Origin: an uncultured Nitrososphaerota archaeon
GTDB taxonomy: Archaea > Thermoproteota > Nitrososphaeria > Nitrososphaerales > CADDZS01
Direction: 5' to 3'
DNA: 64,000 bases
NCBI GenBank assembly: GCA_963799845.1
Contig: CAWCYI010000006.1
Coordinates: 1,312,001 to 1,376,000, forward strand
The notes beneath the pieces are model-generated. The model searched no databases. It had not been told where the DNA came from and saw nothing but the letters and a program-made list of their open reading frames with translations. Positions 21,219-32,572 of the stretch are shown here, in pieces. Each line of letters starts with the position of its first letter. Positions within the stretch are counted from its first letter, which is position 1. Made by a program: the position numbers and the translations under genes.

Positions 21219-21827
21219 ATGTCGAATGTTCCAGTGATTGTTTTGGATCCGAGAAAGACCGCGTTGCTTGTTGTTGATATGCAGAAGGGCATTTTGAGCA
21301 AGACCGGTAGCGCGCATCTAATGCAGACTCAGAAAATAATCCCCGGGCTCAGGAAAATCATAGACCTTTGTCGGAAACAAGGAGTTATGATCATCTTCAG
21401 CAGACACAGCAACGAGTTTGCGAATCAGGTCTATAGGGAACTGAGACCTTACTTCTTCAATCAAGACGGCTCACCAATGGTTTCTAAGAAAAGTGAATTC
21501 TTTCAAGTTATAGATGATTTAGGTGCCAACACTGATGATATTTTTATTGACAAAGACCGGTCCAGTCCATTTTACCAAACTCATCTAGAGACGATTCTTA
21601 GAACTCGCAAGATTGAGAACGTAGTGATCGCGGGCGTCGCGACGAACGTGTGTTGCGAGGCTGCCGCACGAGATGCGTACTACCGGGATTTCAGAGTTTA
21701 CATGATAGAAGATTGTTGCACGGCTCTCAGCGAAGAATTTCACAACGTTTCTATAAAGACTATTAGGGAATACTTTGGCTTTATCATATCATCAACAGAG
21801 TTCTCTGAGTCAATTAGTAACATCTAA
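21219..21827 (+). CDS. Isochorismatase-family cysteine hydrolase (amidase)
   Basis: TALLVVDMQ, IDKDRSSPF, GVATNVCCE (Asp-Lys-Cys triad). Confidence 0.9.
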   Translation: MSNVPVIVLDPRKTALLVVDMQKGILSKTGSAHLMQTQKIIPGLRKIIDLCRKQGVMIIFSRHSNEFANQVYRELRPYFFNQDGSPMVSKKSEFFQVIDDLGANTDDIFIDKDRSSPFYQTHLETILRTRKIENVVIAGVATNVCCEAAARDAYYRDFRVYMIEDCCTALSEEFHNVSIKTIREYFGFIISSTEFSESISNI

Positions 21828-21932
21828 TCCTAAATGACTTTCCATTTTTTACCAAATATTTTTGGGAGCTGGGCTCTCGCTATTGCATGATATTCCGCGC
21901 AATAATAATCTTGATTTTTGGTATTAACTTGA

Positions 21933-22955
21933 TTAGGTTAGGATTGGTGATCTCGGATCCCCGATCGAATTCTCTAGAGTCTCCCAAAAAAAGCAGGCAG
22001 CGAGATGGTCAACGCCTTCCAATTGGGGCTCGGATTCACGGCACTTTTCTCTAGCATACGGACATCTAGTATTGAATCGACATCCTTTTGGAGGATTTGA
22101 TGCTGAAGGAATTTCCCCCTTAAGTGTCACGGGTACCCGAGTCTTCATCAAATCGTAGTCGGGTACTGGGATCGAAGAAATTAAGACTCTAGTATATGGA
22201 TGACGGGGATGACTAAAGATTTCTGCAGCAGGACCAATTTCCATTATCTTCCCAAGATAAATCACTGCAACTAAATGACTGATGTGCTGTACGACCCCCA
22301 AATCATGAGACACGAAGAGATATGTTAGATTCATTTCATCTCTTAGTTTTATCAGCAAATTGATTATTTTTGCTTGGACCGACACATCAAGCGCCGAGAC
22401 AGCCTCATCGGCTACGATGAAATCTGGAGAAAGAGACAAAGCTCGAGCGAGTGCTATTCGTTGTCTTTGACCCCCACTGAACTGGTGTGGATATTTGTTG
22501 GAGTCTGAGCTACTCAAACCAACTTTCTCTAAAAGACGATAAACCATTTCCTTTCTGTACGCCTTGTCTCCCACGTTATAGACATCAAGTGGTTCTGAAA
22601 TTATTCCCTGAGCATTCATTCTAGGATCTAGAGAAGAATAGGGATCTTGAAAGACAACGCCAATTCTCCTTCGGATTCCAGAAGACATGAGGTTACCTCT
22701 GTTCATTCGGGTTATATCAACTCCGTCGAAGAGTACACTGCCAGCGGTTGGATCAGAGAGTTTGAGGATCAAACTAGCAATAGTAGTCTTTCCCGAACCA
22801 CTTTCTCCCACGAGGCTCAGAGTTTTTCCTTTTGGAATTGAAAAGTTAACCCCATCAACGGCTTTCACACTTCCCGCGTTCCGTTTGAAGATGACGCCTT
22901 TTGTAATAGGAAAATACTTTTTGAGCTCTTTCACTTCAACAAGTGGTTGATCCAT
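21933..22955 (-). CDS. Oligopeptide/dipeptide ABC transporter ATPase (OppF/DppF-like)
   Basis: GESGSGKT, FSGGQRQR, DEAVSALD, GCRFNTRC. Confidence 0.95.
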   Translation of the reverse strand: MDQPLVEVKELKKYFPITKGVIFKRNAGSVKAVDGVNFSIPKGKTLSLVGESGSGKTTIASLILKLSDPTAGSVLFDGVDITRMNRGNLMSSGIRRRIGVVFQDPYSSLDPRMNAQGIISEPLDVYNVGDKAYRKEMVYRLLEKVGLSSSDSNKYPHQFSGGQRQRIALARALSLSPDFIVADEAVSALDVSVQAKIINLLIKLRDEMNLTYLFVSHDLGVVQHISHLVAVIYLGKIMEIGPAAEIFSHPRHPYTRVLISSIPVPDYDLMKTRVPVTLKGEIPSASNPPKGCRFNTRCPYAREKCRESEPQLEGVDHLAACFFWETLENSIGDPRSPILT

Positions 22956-23965
22956 TATGTTTTACCCCAAACTTCTTCCTGATACATAAGACAGCTAACA
23001 AAATGATCTGGTTCGACTTCGAGAAGATCCGGCTCAACCTTGGAACAGATCTCTTTCGCATGCGTGCACCTAGGGTGAAAGCGACAACCCGAAGGCGGGG
23101 AGACAAGGTCGGGCACTTCACCGCTTATTTGCCCTAATTCGGATCTACTATCCTCTCCTAGCTTTGGGACTGAATTCAAGAGGGCCTGGGCGTACGGGTG
23201 CAGGGGAGAAGAGAAAAGATCAGCAGTGAGACATTTTTCAACAATCTTGCCCGCATACATCACATTAACTCGATCGCACAGCCATGCGACTATTCCAAGA
23301 TTATGGGTGATGAACAGAACAGCAGTGCCTTTTGTGTCGCGCACAGTTCTAATCAGCTCTAAGATCTGAGCTTGAATGGTTACGTCCAAATTTGTGGTTG
23401 GTTCGTCAGCAATCAATAGGATTGGAGATGTACAAATTGCAAGGGCTATCATGATTCTTTGACGCATGCCTCCACTAAGCTCGAAAGGATATTGATCCAT
23501 CCTGAGTTCGGGATCGGGGATACCAACCGCAGAAAGTAGTTCGATACCCTTTTGTTTTGCCTCCTTCTTGCTCAACTTATCATGAGCCAAGATCGTCTCT
23601 GTTAATTGTTTCCCAACCTTGATAATCGGGTTAAGGGAAGACAATGGGTCTTGAAATATCATACCCACCTTGCTCCCTCTAGATTTCCGCATTTGTTTCT
23701 CCGTTAGCTGAACGAGATCTATGGCCTCGAGAAATATCTTTCCACTTACTATTTTTGCTGGAGGATTTGGAATGAGCTTAAGAATTGAAAGACAGGTAAC
23801 TGATTTTCCGCATCCTGACTCTCCAACTAGTCCGGCTATTTCCCCTTTGGCAATATCAATTGACACTCCATCTACAGCCTTCACAACTCCCCTGGATGTG
23901 AAAAAGTATGTTTTTAGATCTTGAATCGACAAAACGTTCAGTGAGTCTGAGCTTACATCGATCAC
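22955..23965 (-). CDS. Oligopeptide/dipeptide ABC transporter ATPase (OppD/DppD-like)
   Basis: GESGCGKS, LSGGMRQR, DEPTTNLD, GCRFHPRC. Confidence 0.95.
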   Translation of the reverse strand: MIDVSSDSLNVLSIQDLKTYFFTSRGVVKAVDGVSIDIAKGEIAGLVGESGCGKSVTCLSILKLIPNPPAKIVSGKIFLEAIDLVQLTEKQMRKSRGSKVGMIFQDPLSSLNPIIKVGKQLTETILAHDKLSKKEAKQKGIELLSAVGIPDPELRMDQYPFELSGGMRQRIMIALAICTSPILLIADEPTTNLDVTIQAQILELIRTVRDTKGTAVLFITHNLGIVAWLCDRVNVMYAGKIVEKCLTADLFSSPLHPYAQALLNSVPKLGEDSRSELGQISGEVPDLVSPPSGCRFHPRCTHAKEICSKVEPDLLEVEPDHFVSCLMYQEEVWGKT

Positions 23966-23980
23966 TAATCTGTCACAATC

Positions 23981-24832
23981 TCATAATCGCATTCTTGGGT
24001 CAAGCGCGTCCCTCAAACCATCTCCGATGACATTGAAAGCCAAAACTGTCGTTGTTATGGCCAGCCCGGGAAACAAGGCGGACCATGGAGAAAATAGAAA
24101 ATAATCTCTGCCAGTCGCTATCATGTTCCCCCAACTGGGAAAAGGTGCTTGGACACCCAAACCCAAAAAGCTTAATCCTGCTTCTGCAAGTATCGCCCAT
24201 CCAAATCCCAAACTAATCAGGATGATCATAGGTCCCAACGAATTTGGTATCAAGTGGCGAAACAGAATTCTTCTATCGTTAGATCCTATTGCTTTTGCTG
24301 CCTTGACGAAATCGCTAGTTCTAAGGGAGAGGCATTGGCTTCTTACCACCCTCGCAAAATTCGGCCAGTTGACTATTGATAGTGCGATCATCAAGTTCAC
24401 TATGCCATTTCCAAATGCTGCTATAATTGCAATTGCGAGTACAAGCCCCGGGAAAGCAAGAAAAACGTCTGCTACGCGCATTATAGCTGCATCGATTTTT
24501 CCACCATAGTACCCAGCTACTGAGCCAGAAAGTATTCCTACAAAAGATGAGATTGATACGACTATTATTCCAACTTCAAAAGAGATTTTTGCTCCATACA
24601 TTAGTCGGGTTAATGTATCTCGACCCAAGCTATCTGTGCCCATCGGATGGGCAATTGAGGGCCCAGCAAGCGCTGAAGTAGATGGTTGTATAGGATTGTA
24701 AGCGGAAATGTAAGGAGCTGCAAGCGCGATCACTATCAAAAAAACCAAATAACCGAGGGCTACCGAGGCGCCTCGATTGCCCTTTAGGAAAAACCAAATT
24801 GCGTCGATTTTGGTTCCCCCAATTGATTTCAA
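23981..24832 (-). CDS. ABC permease (OppC/DppC-like)
   Basis: HPMGTDSLGRD, EAA loop, EAGLSFLGLG, GDGLRDALDP. Confidence 0.95.
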   Translation of the reverse strand: MKSIGGTKIDAIWFFLKGNRGASVALGYLVFLIVIALAAPYISAYNPIQPSTSALAGPSIAHPMGTDSLGRDTLTRLMYGAKISFEVGIIVVSISSFVGILSGSVAGYYGGKIDAAIMRVADVFLAFPGLVLAIAIIAAFGNGIVNLMIALSIVNWPNFARVVRSQCLSLRTSDFVKAAKAIGSNDRRILFRHLIPNSLGPMIILISLGFGWAILAEAGLSFLGLGVQAPFPSWGNMIATGRDYFLFSPWSALFPGLAITTTVLAFNVIGDGLRDALDPRMRL

Positions 24833-24852
24833 AAGTCGATCTCCTGACTTTG

Positions 24853-25776
24853 TTATGCGTACTGTATGCGAGGATCAATGTAAGAGTAAGCGATGTCAAC
24901 AATCAACGTAACTAGAACGAAGAGCAGAGTCGTAATCAGGATGGTCCCCGTCACGAGGGGATAGTCCAGATTGCTAATAGCCTGATATGTCAAGTACCCT
25001 ATTCCTGGCCATGCGAACACCACCTCGACAAGGTATGCGCCTCCCATGAGGTAACCGAAATATAGCCCGATAAGAGTGAAGATCGGAATGACCGCATTTC
25101 TCAGAGCATGAAATATGACGACGGTTCTTTCATTCAACCCCCTTGCCCTGGCTGATACAATGTAATCTTGTCTTATCACTTCTAACAATGAAGATCTAGT
25201 AAGCCGCGCAATGGAACCTGCTATTGATAGTCCCAAAGTTAGAGCGGGTAGTATAACCTGCCCAGGAGTTCCATAACCCGCGACTGGGACAAGTCTAAGA
25301 TAATAAGCAAAGATCAGAATCAATATGAGTCCGAGCCAATAGTTGGGCATCGACGCCGCAAACAAAGAAGCGATCATAGAAATTCGATCAAAAATCGAAT
25401 TCTGTTTAAGCGCAGCTACGATTCCTGCAACCAATCCGATTGGGATAGCAATCAATAACCCCGCAACAGTTAATATAATTGTTCTTGGGAGCGCTTGACT
25501 GACAAGTGAGAGTACAGATCTTCCAGTAGAAATGCTATTGCCTAAATTTCCGTGAATTAACCTCCATAAGAACAATCCGAATTGAACGGGAAGTGGCTGG
25601 TCAAGACCGAGCTCGTGTTCGTAAGCGGCTATGTCAGCGGTTGTGCCTCCTGTTCTTCCCATCATGACCCTAACAGGGTCACCGGGGGTAAGTTTTAGAA
25701 TAAAAAAAGTTAGAAGGGCGACACCTATTACGACCGGTATCGCTTGAAGTATTCTGCCAACTACATATTTTAGCAA
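24853..25776 (-). CDS. ABC permease (OppB/DppB-like)
   Basis: PGDP, GLDQP, ARARGL, HALRNA, EVVFAWPGIG, DPRI. Confidence 0.95.
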   Translation of the reverse strand: MLKYVVGRILQAIPVVIGVALLTFFILKLTPGDPVRVMMGRTGGTTADIAAYEHELGLDQPLPVQFGLFLWRLIHGNLGNSISTGRSVLSLVSQALPRTIILTVAGLLIAIPIGLVAGIVAALKQNSIFDRISMIASLFAASMPNYWLGLILILIFAYYLRLVPVAGYGTPGQVILPALTLGLSIAGSIARLTRSSLLEVIRQDYIVSARARGLNERTVVIFHALRNAVIPIFTLIGLYFGYLMGGAYLVEVVFAWPGIGYLTYQAISNLDYPLVTGTILITTLLFVLVTLIVDIAYSYIDPRIQYA

Positions 25777-25807
25777 GTCCGGAGCTTAGTCCGAAGTTTT
25801 TCGAATC

Positions 25808-27605
25808 TCAGCTCGGTGTATTGAGCCAGACCTTCGCACCTATCTGCGGGATCCAGATAGCTCCACCTTCGTACCAACTGCTCGGGTGGACGTTATACCC
25901 CACAAGCATTGGTGTGGAGGCATATATGAAGGGTATCCAATAGAGCGGGGCATCTACTGAGATGTTCTGGGCAATCTGTGTTAACTGAGCAACATATGGT
26001 GCGGCAGCGGTGGAGTTACTTTCAGCAATCTCGGCTGCGAGCTGTGCCAGCTGTGAATTGTTGATGTAATTTAGATCCCACGTCTCTCCTGGTGTATAAT
26101 AATCTCTAAACCTTGTATTTGATTCGCTAAACTGGTTTAGAAGGAGATCCCAATGAGTTCCGCCTGGTCCGCCGTATGCCGTATTAATGTAAGATGGAAA
26201 GTTCAATGAAATCAAGTTGGTGTTAATTCCAGCAGCAGCAAGATCGGCCTGCACCGTCTCTGCGACTATCTGATTATTTCCGAGATCAACATAGACAAAT
26301 GGAAGCATTTGGCCGGCGTAATTCGATTTCGCCAGAAACTGCTTTGCCAGGGTAACATTTCCATTGACTGGATAGACCGAGTTCAGGGACGCATTGAACC
26401 AGGGCCAAGCAGGGTTGATGAGCGTCTCAGATATTGTTCCAAAACCCGCGGAAGCACTGATAATAACCTGGGTACGATTAATTGCATAGTTTACGGCATC
26501 TCGCAAGTACTGATTTAACATCGCTCCGCTACCAAAAGTTGTATTTTCATTTCAGCTGCACCATGTAAAGATCATCAGAGGCCTCGACCTTTACTGGAAA
26601 TCCAGCGCTTAGTACGCTAGGTACATCTGATGGCAACGTTACATCAATGAGTTGATACTCCCCTGTCTCGAGACCTAAAACTCTCGCTGACTCGTCCGGA
26701 ACTATTGATACAACGATTTTACTGATGTATGGTTTGCCGCCCCAGTAATTCGGGTTGGCAACGAGGATTTCTTGGTCATTGGGTATCCACGATGTCAGCA
26801 TATATGGCCCTGTCCCGACTGGATGCTGACCGTAGCTAGATCCGTATTTCGCTACAGCTGTAGGTGAAACGGGAGCGCATTCATCTGCAATTAATTGAAG
26901 AAAGTACCCAATCGGTTTAGAAAGGACAATCTGTATTTGGTACGCACTCAACACATTGATTGCGGATACATAGACAAAATCTCCTGCGATATTACTTCCC
27001 GCCGCGCTCTGGTTCGCGCACTGTTCAAAAGTTAGTTGCACTGCGGTCGCATTAAATGGAGTCCCATCTTGAAAAGTGGCGTTTTGAACTAGATTAAACG
27101 TGTATACAGTACCGTTAGGGCTCACCGTCCAGGATTGCGCAAGTTCCGGTTGGATAGTCCCACCAAATCCTTCAACAGTCAGAGTATTATAAATGGCCTT
27201 GTACATGAAGGCCGTCCACTGATCGGATCCCCCGAAAAATCTTGGGTCGAGACCGAAACTTCCGGCTCCTTCTTCATCCATCCCAACGTTGAGCGTACCA
27301 CCCTGAACAACACCAGAAACGTTACCCGTTAGAGTAACAGTCGACGTAGCTGTCGATCCGGATGTAAGTAGTGAGGTGAGAGTTGAAACTGCTGTCGAGA
27401 CAGAAGTTGAAACGGCAGTTGACGTTGAAACAGCAGTAGACACAGAAGTGGATACAGATCCCGATGCGGTGCTCGTGCTTACTACGGTCGTCGTCTTGGC
27501 ACCACCTTCATATACTAAAACTCCAGCCGCCGCAGCGATAATAATTACAATAATCACTACAGCCACACTAATCATTCTTGCGATAGCGCTAGAACCGCGT
27601 TTCAT
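25808..27605 (-). CDS. Family 5 ABC substrate-binding protein, frameshift near 26545
   Basis: N-terminal TM helix plus S/T-rich linker, PELAQSW, FQDGTPFNA, PVGTGPY, NPNYWG; continues LRDAVNYAINR in 25808-26521. Confidence 0.88.
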
Positions 27606-27915
27606 ATGCTGGCTCGAAGACTCAAGTACATACTTAAAGATTATCCCAAAAATTGCTCAGCCACAATCTTCGGGGCCAGGTCTGTTAGGTAGAAATTGAC
27701 GTTCCAAACAGAAATAATGCCTAATATCTTTTGATTTCTCTTCCAGTTAATCATATTTTTTTGCGAGATGTTTTGAATTCAGGGAATTAGCGCGGTAGTC
27801 CGTTCCATCTGATTGAGCGATATGTGATCTAATTCGATACAGACTCATTTCCCTGCGAAAACAATAATTCCAGCCTACAAAAAAGCTGGTACGCGGTCCT
27901 TGTTCGACGCAAGTT

Positions 27916-27933
27916 TGTTCACGCGCGTGACAC
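27916..27933. promoter_or_regulatory. Second copy of the parS-like palindrome (TGTTCACGCGCGTGAcac)
   Basis: First 15 bp identical to 6088-6102; lies in the divergent region between the ABC operon and the LLM operon; flanked by partial half-sites TGTTCGACGC (27901) and TGTCACG (27942). Confidence 0.7.
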
Positions 27934-28173
27934 ATAAACGATGTCACGAATCAAGCTCCACTTTACAGTTTGGTTCCAGTCTTCTAAGGGCTTACTAGTT
28001 CTCTCCTGAAATATTTTTGCTCTTCATGAAAGCTATGGGTGGGAGTTCTCGGCAATCCTTAGTATTAATGAAGAATTGGTTTCATTCTTTCATAACCAAT
28101 AATAAGATACTATGGAGCATATTTAGAGCAACAAAACCTTATAGTTGTTTACTGTCGCGAGATTACGAATCCT

Positions 28174-29235
28174 TTGAATAGCGTTCTATCGAAAGTATCG
28201 CTTTCTATTGGAGGACTGCCTATAGAAGATGATATCGAGATCTGCAAACTTGCAGAATCTTTAGGTTTCAAAGGCTATTGGCTCCATGAGGTTACTGGTA
28301 GAGATGCCTTTACACACATTGCAGTTCTTTCACAACAAACGGTACGTATTAGACTCGGTACAAGTATAGTCGGAATATTTGGTAGGAGTCCACTCGTTAC
28401 TGCAATGAGCTCTTTCTCACTAAACGAAATAAGCAAAGGAAGATTCGTCCTTGGTCTGGGAACGCAAGCGGAAAATTACGTGGTTGGATGGCACGGAGCA
28501 AAGTTTAGGCGCCCGACTATCAGTATGATAGAATACGTCACACTTGTCAAAAGCATTCTGTCAGGAGAGAGGGTTTCCTACGACGGAAAAATATTTCGAA
28601 TGCAAAATTTCAAATTTCAAGCAAAACCAAGCTATGACACAAAGATACTAGTTGCTGCGATCGGACCCAGAATGATTGAGGTTGCTGGCAGAGTCGCCGA
28701 TGGAGTCATTGGAAATTTCTGGTCGGAGGATTATGTGCGGAAGACCGTGATTCCAAACTTGAAGATTGGTGCGCAAGCGTCTGGGAGAAAACTGGAGGAC
28801 CTGCAAATAATTAGCGGCCACGCGTGTTTTCCTACAGACGGATCCTCGGCTCAAGTTGGAACAACTAAACCAGTCGTTGTCACTTTTGCTCTCGTACCTT
28901 ATTATCGAAAGATATTTTCCGATAGTAATTTCGACGATGAATACTCGAAGATTAACAAGGCCATGGCAAAAGGAGACGTGAAGGGCGCTCTGGACGCTGT
29001 AACTGATGAGATGACCAAGGCGCTAACCATAGTTGGGGATCGATCAGAATTCAATAGAAGAATCCAAGGATTGCTCGCAGCGGGAGTCAATGAGGTGAAA
29101 CTCCACCCTGTGACTAGCTATAGTTTTCATCCACTTTATCCTGGCAGCTTGCCCGATAATATTTCAGAATTTAACGGGCCTCAATTGTATTCGCTTTATG
29201 AAACCAGTAAAAAAGTCATTGATGTCTTGTCATGA
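28174..29235 (+). CDS. Luciferase-like (LLM) flavin/F420-dependent oxidoreductase, Mer-like
   Basis: AESLGFKGYWLHE, RIRLGTSI, RSP, SKGRFVLGLG, AAIGPRMIEVAGRVADG. Confidence 0.88.
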   Translation: MNSVLSKVSLSIGGLPIEDDIEICKLAESLGFKGYWLHEVTGRDAFTHIAVLSQQTVRIRLGTSIVGIFGRSPLVTAMSSFSLNEISKGRFVLGLGTQAENYVVGWHGAKFRRPTISMIEYVTLVKSILSGERVSYDGKIFRMQNFKFQAKPSYDTKILVAAIGPRMIEVAGRVADGVIGNFWSEDYVRKTVIPNLKIGAQASGRKLEDLQIISGHACFPTDGSSAQVGTTKPVVVTFALVPYYRKIFSDSNFDDEYSKINKAMAKGDVKGALDAVTDEMTKALTIVGDRSEFNRRIQGLLAAGVNEVKLHPVTSYSFHPLYPGSLPDNISEFNGPQLYSLYETSKKVIDVLS

Positions 29236-29292
29236 GCCTTCTGTCTCCAAAACAGCTCCCTGTTTGACGTACGTTCAATACTCCCCAAATAG

Positions 29293-30187
29293 ATGCCAAA
29301 ATTGTTAAGAAATAATCGGCGATACTTCGCAAATTTCTTCATTTGGGATCGCGCTCCTAATCCTTCAAACTTTGTCATCTTGCAGAGGATTTCAAGACTA
29401 GGATTCGATGGTGTTGAAATTCTTTCTCCTGAAACTCTTCGAGAAACCCAATCTTACATCCAAGCTTTGAAATCAACATCGAAATCATCAAGAAAAAGAG
29501 AGCCACTTGATACAATTATTATCGGAGCGAGTAATTTTGAGGCCGATCCGAGCTCAAGCGCCCTAAACGTACAGCGACGAGCGATAGATCACCTAAAGAA
29601 ATGCGTCGATTTCTCCGCAAAAGTTGAGGGGGACCTAATTGCCGGCCCCGTTCAATCTCCCGTGGGAGAGAATGTGTTCATGACTCACGAAGAAAGAAAG
29701 AGGAGGACGATTAGGGCAGCGGAGACTCTCAAGGTGGTCACTGGTTATGCCAAAGATAGGGGGGTAAAAATCGCATTCGAACCTTTGTGTCGGTACGATC
29801 AGCTCCTTCATAAATACTGTAAACCAAGCGCTCATTCTTTGTGATCTGGTGTCCGAAGAGAACTTTGGCTTGCTCTTGGACACTTTTCACATGAACGTCG
29901 AGGAGGATTCGACCTATTCCGCGATAGTTTCAGCAAAAGGCAAGATTCTTCACGTACACGCCTCGGAAAACAATCGTGGCATCCCAGGAAATGGTCAGAT
30001 AAATTGGTTGCGAATCAAGGAAGCCCTATCGAATACTAGCTATAACGGTGCAATTGGCATCGAGTCCTTCACGCCCCTAGTCAAGACATTCGCTACCCAA
30101 AATCATTCTTGGCGCAGGCTCGCTCGATCACAAGACAAGATCGCGTCAGATGGCTTGAAGTTTCTGAAAAATGAACTCGATTTGTGA
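29293..30187 (+). CDS. Sugar epimerase/isomerase (D-tagatose/psicose 3-epimerase-like TIM barrel), frameshift near 29800
   Basis: GFDGVEI, AFEPLCRY, LLDTFHMNVEE, HVHASENNRGIPG, IESF. Confidence 0.85.
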
Positions 30188-30194
30188 TTTTTGG

Positions 30195-31737
30195 TCAAGC
30201 AATTCCCGAAAGTGCCATTAGGGCGGCGTTTCTGCCTGGAAGACCTGTCACTCCTCCACCCGGATGAGTAGTAGGTCCGAACATGTAAAGTCCCTTAATT
30301 GGAGTCTTGTACTGAGACCACCCCGGGAACGGACGTAAAGCAAGGGATTGATCTAGTGAAACACTTCCACCCGCGGGATCGCCGTTAACAAGATTTGGAT
30401 TCAGAGATTCTATATCCTGCGGCGAGAGTATTACTTCTTTCAAAATAATTTGTTTAGCCTTCGGCGAGTACTCGCACAATCTATCTATGCAGGAACCGGC
30501 AAATCGTTCCTTTTCCTCGACGGTCCAAATTCTACCGTCAAGAAATACCGGCGCTCTTACGAAGTTCCATAGCGTATGTTTTCCGGGAGGCGCCCTCGAT
30601 GGGTCGTAACAGGAGGTGTTGTTTATTGTCATGAATGGTCTTTTGGGCAGACTTACCGTTTACGCATTCGTTGTAAGCTTGCGAGATCTCATCCAACGAT
30701 TCGCCAATCTGAATGACGCCGGATTTTTTAACGTCGTCAGATGCAAAGTCCAACCATTCATTTAGGGCGGCGTGAATCATGACCTCAGTCACTCTCGAAT
30801 ATCTGAAGCGTTTCACTTTTTTCCGAAAATCGTCTCCGATTGCAGATTCAGGAACGAGATTCAAGAATAAGGATTTTGGCTCAACGCCGGCAAGTATACC
30901 TTTTCTTGCGTGAAAAACTCGTCCGTTAGTTGTCTTGACCGATATAGCTTCTCCGTCATTCACCTCAATTGACTGCACTCCATCTCCCAATATGACAGAT
31001 CCTCCGTGACTAAAATAGTACTTCTGCAATGAATTAACGAGGGTCTTTATCCCTCCGATCGGTACTGCAACTCCTCTTTTCTGCAAAAGCCCTGTGAAGA
31101 AGAAGACCGTGAAAGCGCTACGTGCAGCTTCGGGGGAAAGTGGAGCATGGTTAGCGCCCAAGAGGGCTAGAAACGCCTTGACCTCTTCTGACTCGAAGTT
31201 TTCCTCCAGCCAGTCTCTCGCGGACATGTAGGAAAATTGAAGAAAGTCGAGGCCTGTGTCTGATTCCTCCAAAGCAGACATTTGGGAAGAAAAAGGGAGT
31301 GGGGGCGCCTGCATAGAACCAAAATATATTTCTTCGGATTCTTGATAGAAATCAAATATCTCCTTGAATTTTTTGGGGTCTTTTTCAGAAAGATGGGAAA
31401 TGGATTTTAGTGTCAAATTCAAGTCCTTGTAAATCGACATCGAGCTTCCGTGGACAAATGGGGTCGACGCTACTGGATTTGGCTCAATTTCTCGATACCC
31501 GTACTTTTCAAGCTCTAATTCGGATTGGACAGGACTGGCCTTCCAGAAGTTAATCGAAGTTGCCAGCACATCGTGCTTGAATCCTGGCAAGGTAAGTTCC
31601 TCTGTAAAGGCTGCACCACCCAGATAGCTTTTCTTTTCAATTAGTAAACAGGAGCAGCCCTGTTTTGAAACATAGGAAGCGGCAGAGAGACCATTCGTGC
31701 CCCCGCCGATCACTATGAAATCATACGTTGACATCAA
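30195..31737 (-). CDS. Phytoene-desaturase-like FAD oxidoreductase, frameshift near 30645
   Basis: IGGGTNGL, LGGA..EELTLPGFKHD, DPSRAPPGKHT, YKTPIKGLY, THPGGGVTGLPG. Confidence 0.85.
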
Positions 31738-32572
31738 TAATTCAGGTAATCAAAAAGCATTCAGTCATAAAAAGTGATATGGATTCCATTACATTTCTTT
31801 CGCCGCGAAAGAACATGAGTTATTATGAAGAGTAAGTTATCACAATCTCTAGAGAGGTAAGAGAATCCTCAGATTAGAAGCAATCAATCTTGCGAATTCT
31901 ATTCGAACTTGTAGATTCAGTTCGTTTCATCAGAGAGCGACGTTAAGGTATTATGGCTTCAAGCTTGAGATGGAGAGAATTCCAGTAATGCGCAAATGAT
32001 AATTCTAGTCTGCCATCAGGTCTTCCATTACGATGATTGTCGCGTTGTGTCCGGGTAACCCGCACACTCCGCCCCCTGGATGACTTGCTGGACTGCACAT
32101 ATACAACCCCCGGATTGGAGTTCTGTATTCTGACCAATTCGGGAAAGGCTTCAGTGCCAGGGATTAATCCAACGTTGGCTTGTCCAAAATGAGGATCCGA
32201 TATGCATCGATTTGACCGCCATCCCGTAATGCTCGTCATCCAACACGAACATTGGATTGCTGCTTGGAGCCGCGGCGAACTTTCGTTCTGGCGCTTCCTC
32301 TCCATTGTATCCAACATTTCTCATCCTTCTTGTTTTTGGATTTCCGGGTGAGGATTCATACATTACTTGATTTCAGAAGTCACGACATGACATCGTTCGG
32401 TATTATGCCATTTTGCCTTGTTGATCAGTTTAGCGGTCTGCGAAAAGCATTCAGTTTTCGAGGTTGTTCTAGAAATTCTAGTTGGAATTTGAGGCAACCA
32501 ATTGGAACAACTTACGGCTCTGCTCGAAAAAACCGGAACAGATTCACACGGGGGCGCTCACTGTTACGAAGA

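Noticed and set aside
27376-27480. Short tandem repeats as a CRISPR or regulatory array
   Set aside because: They encode the STAVST linker of the binding protein; no spacers and no cas genes.
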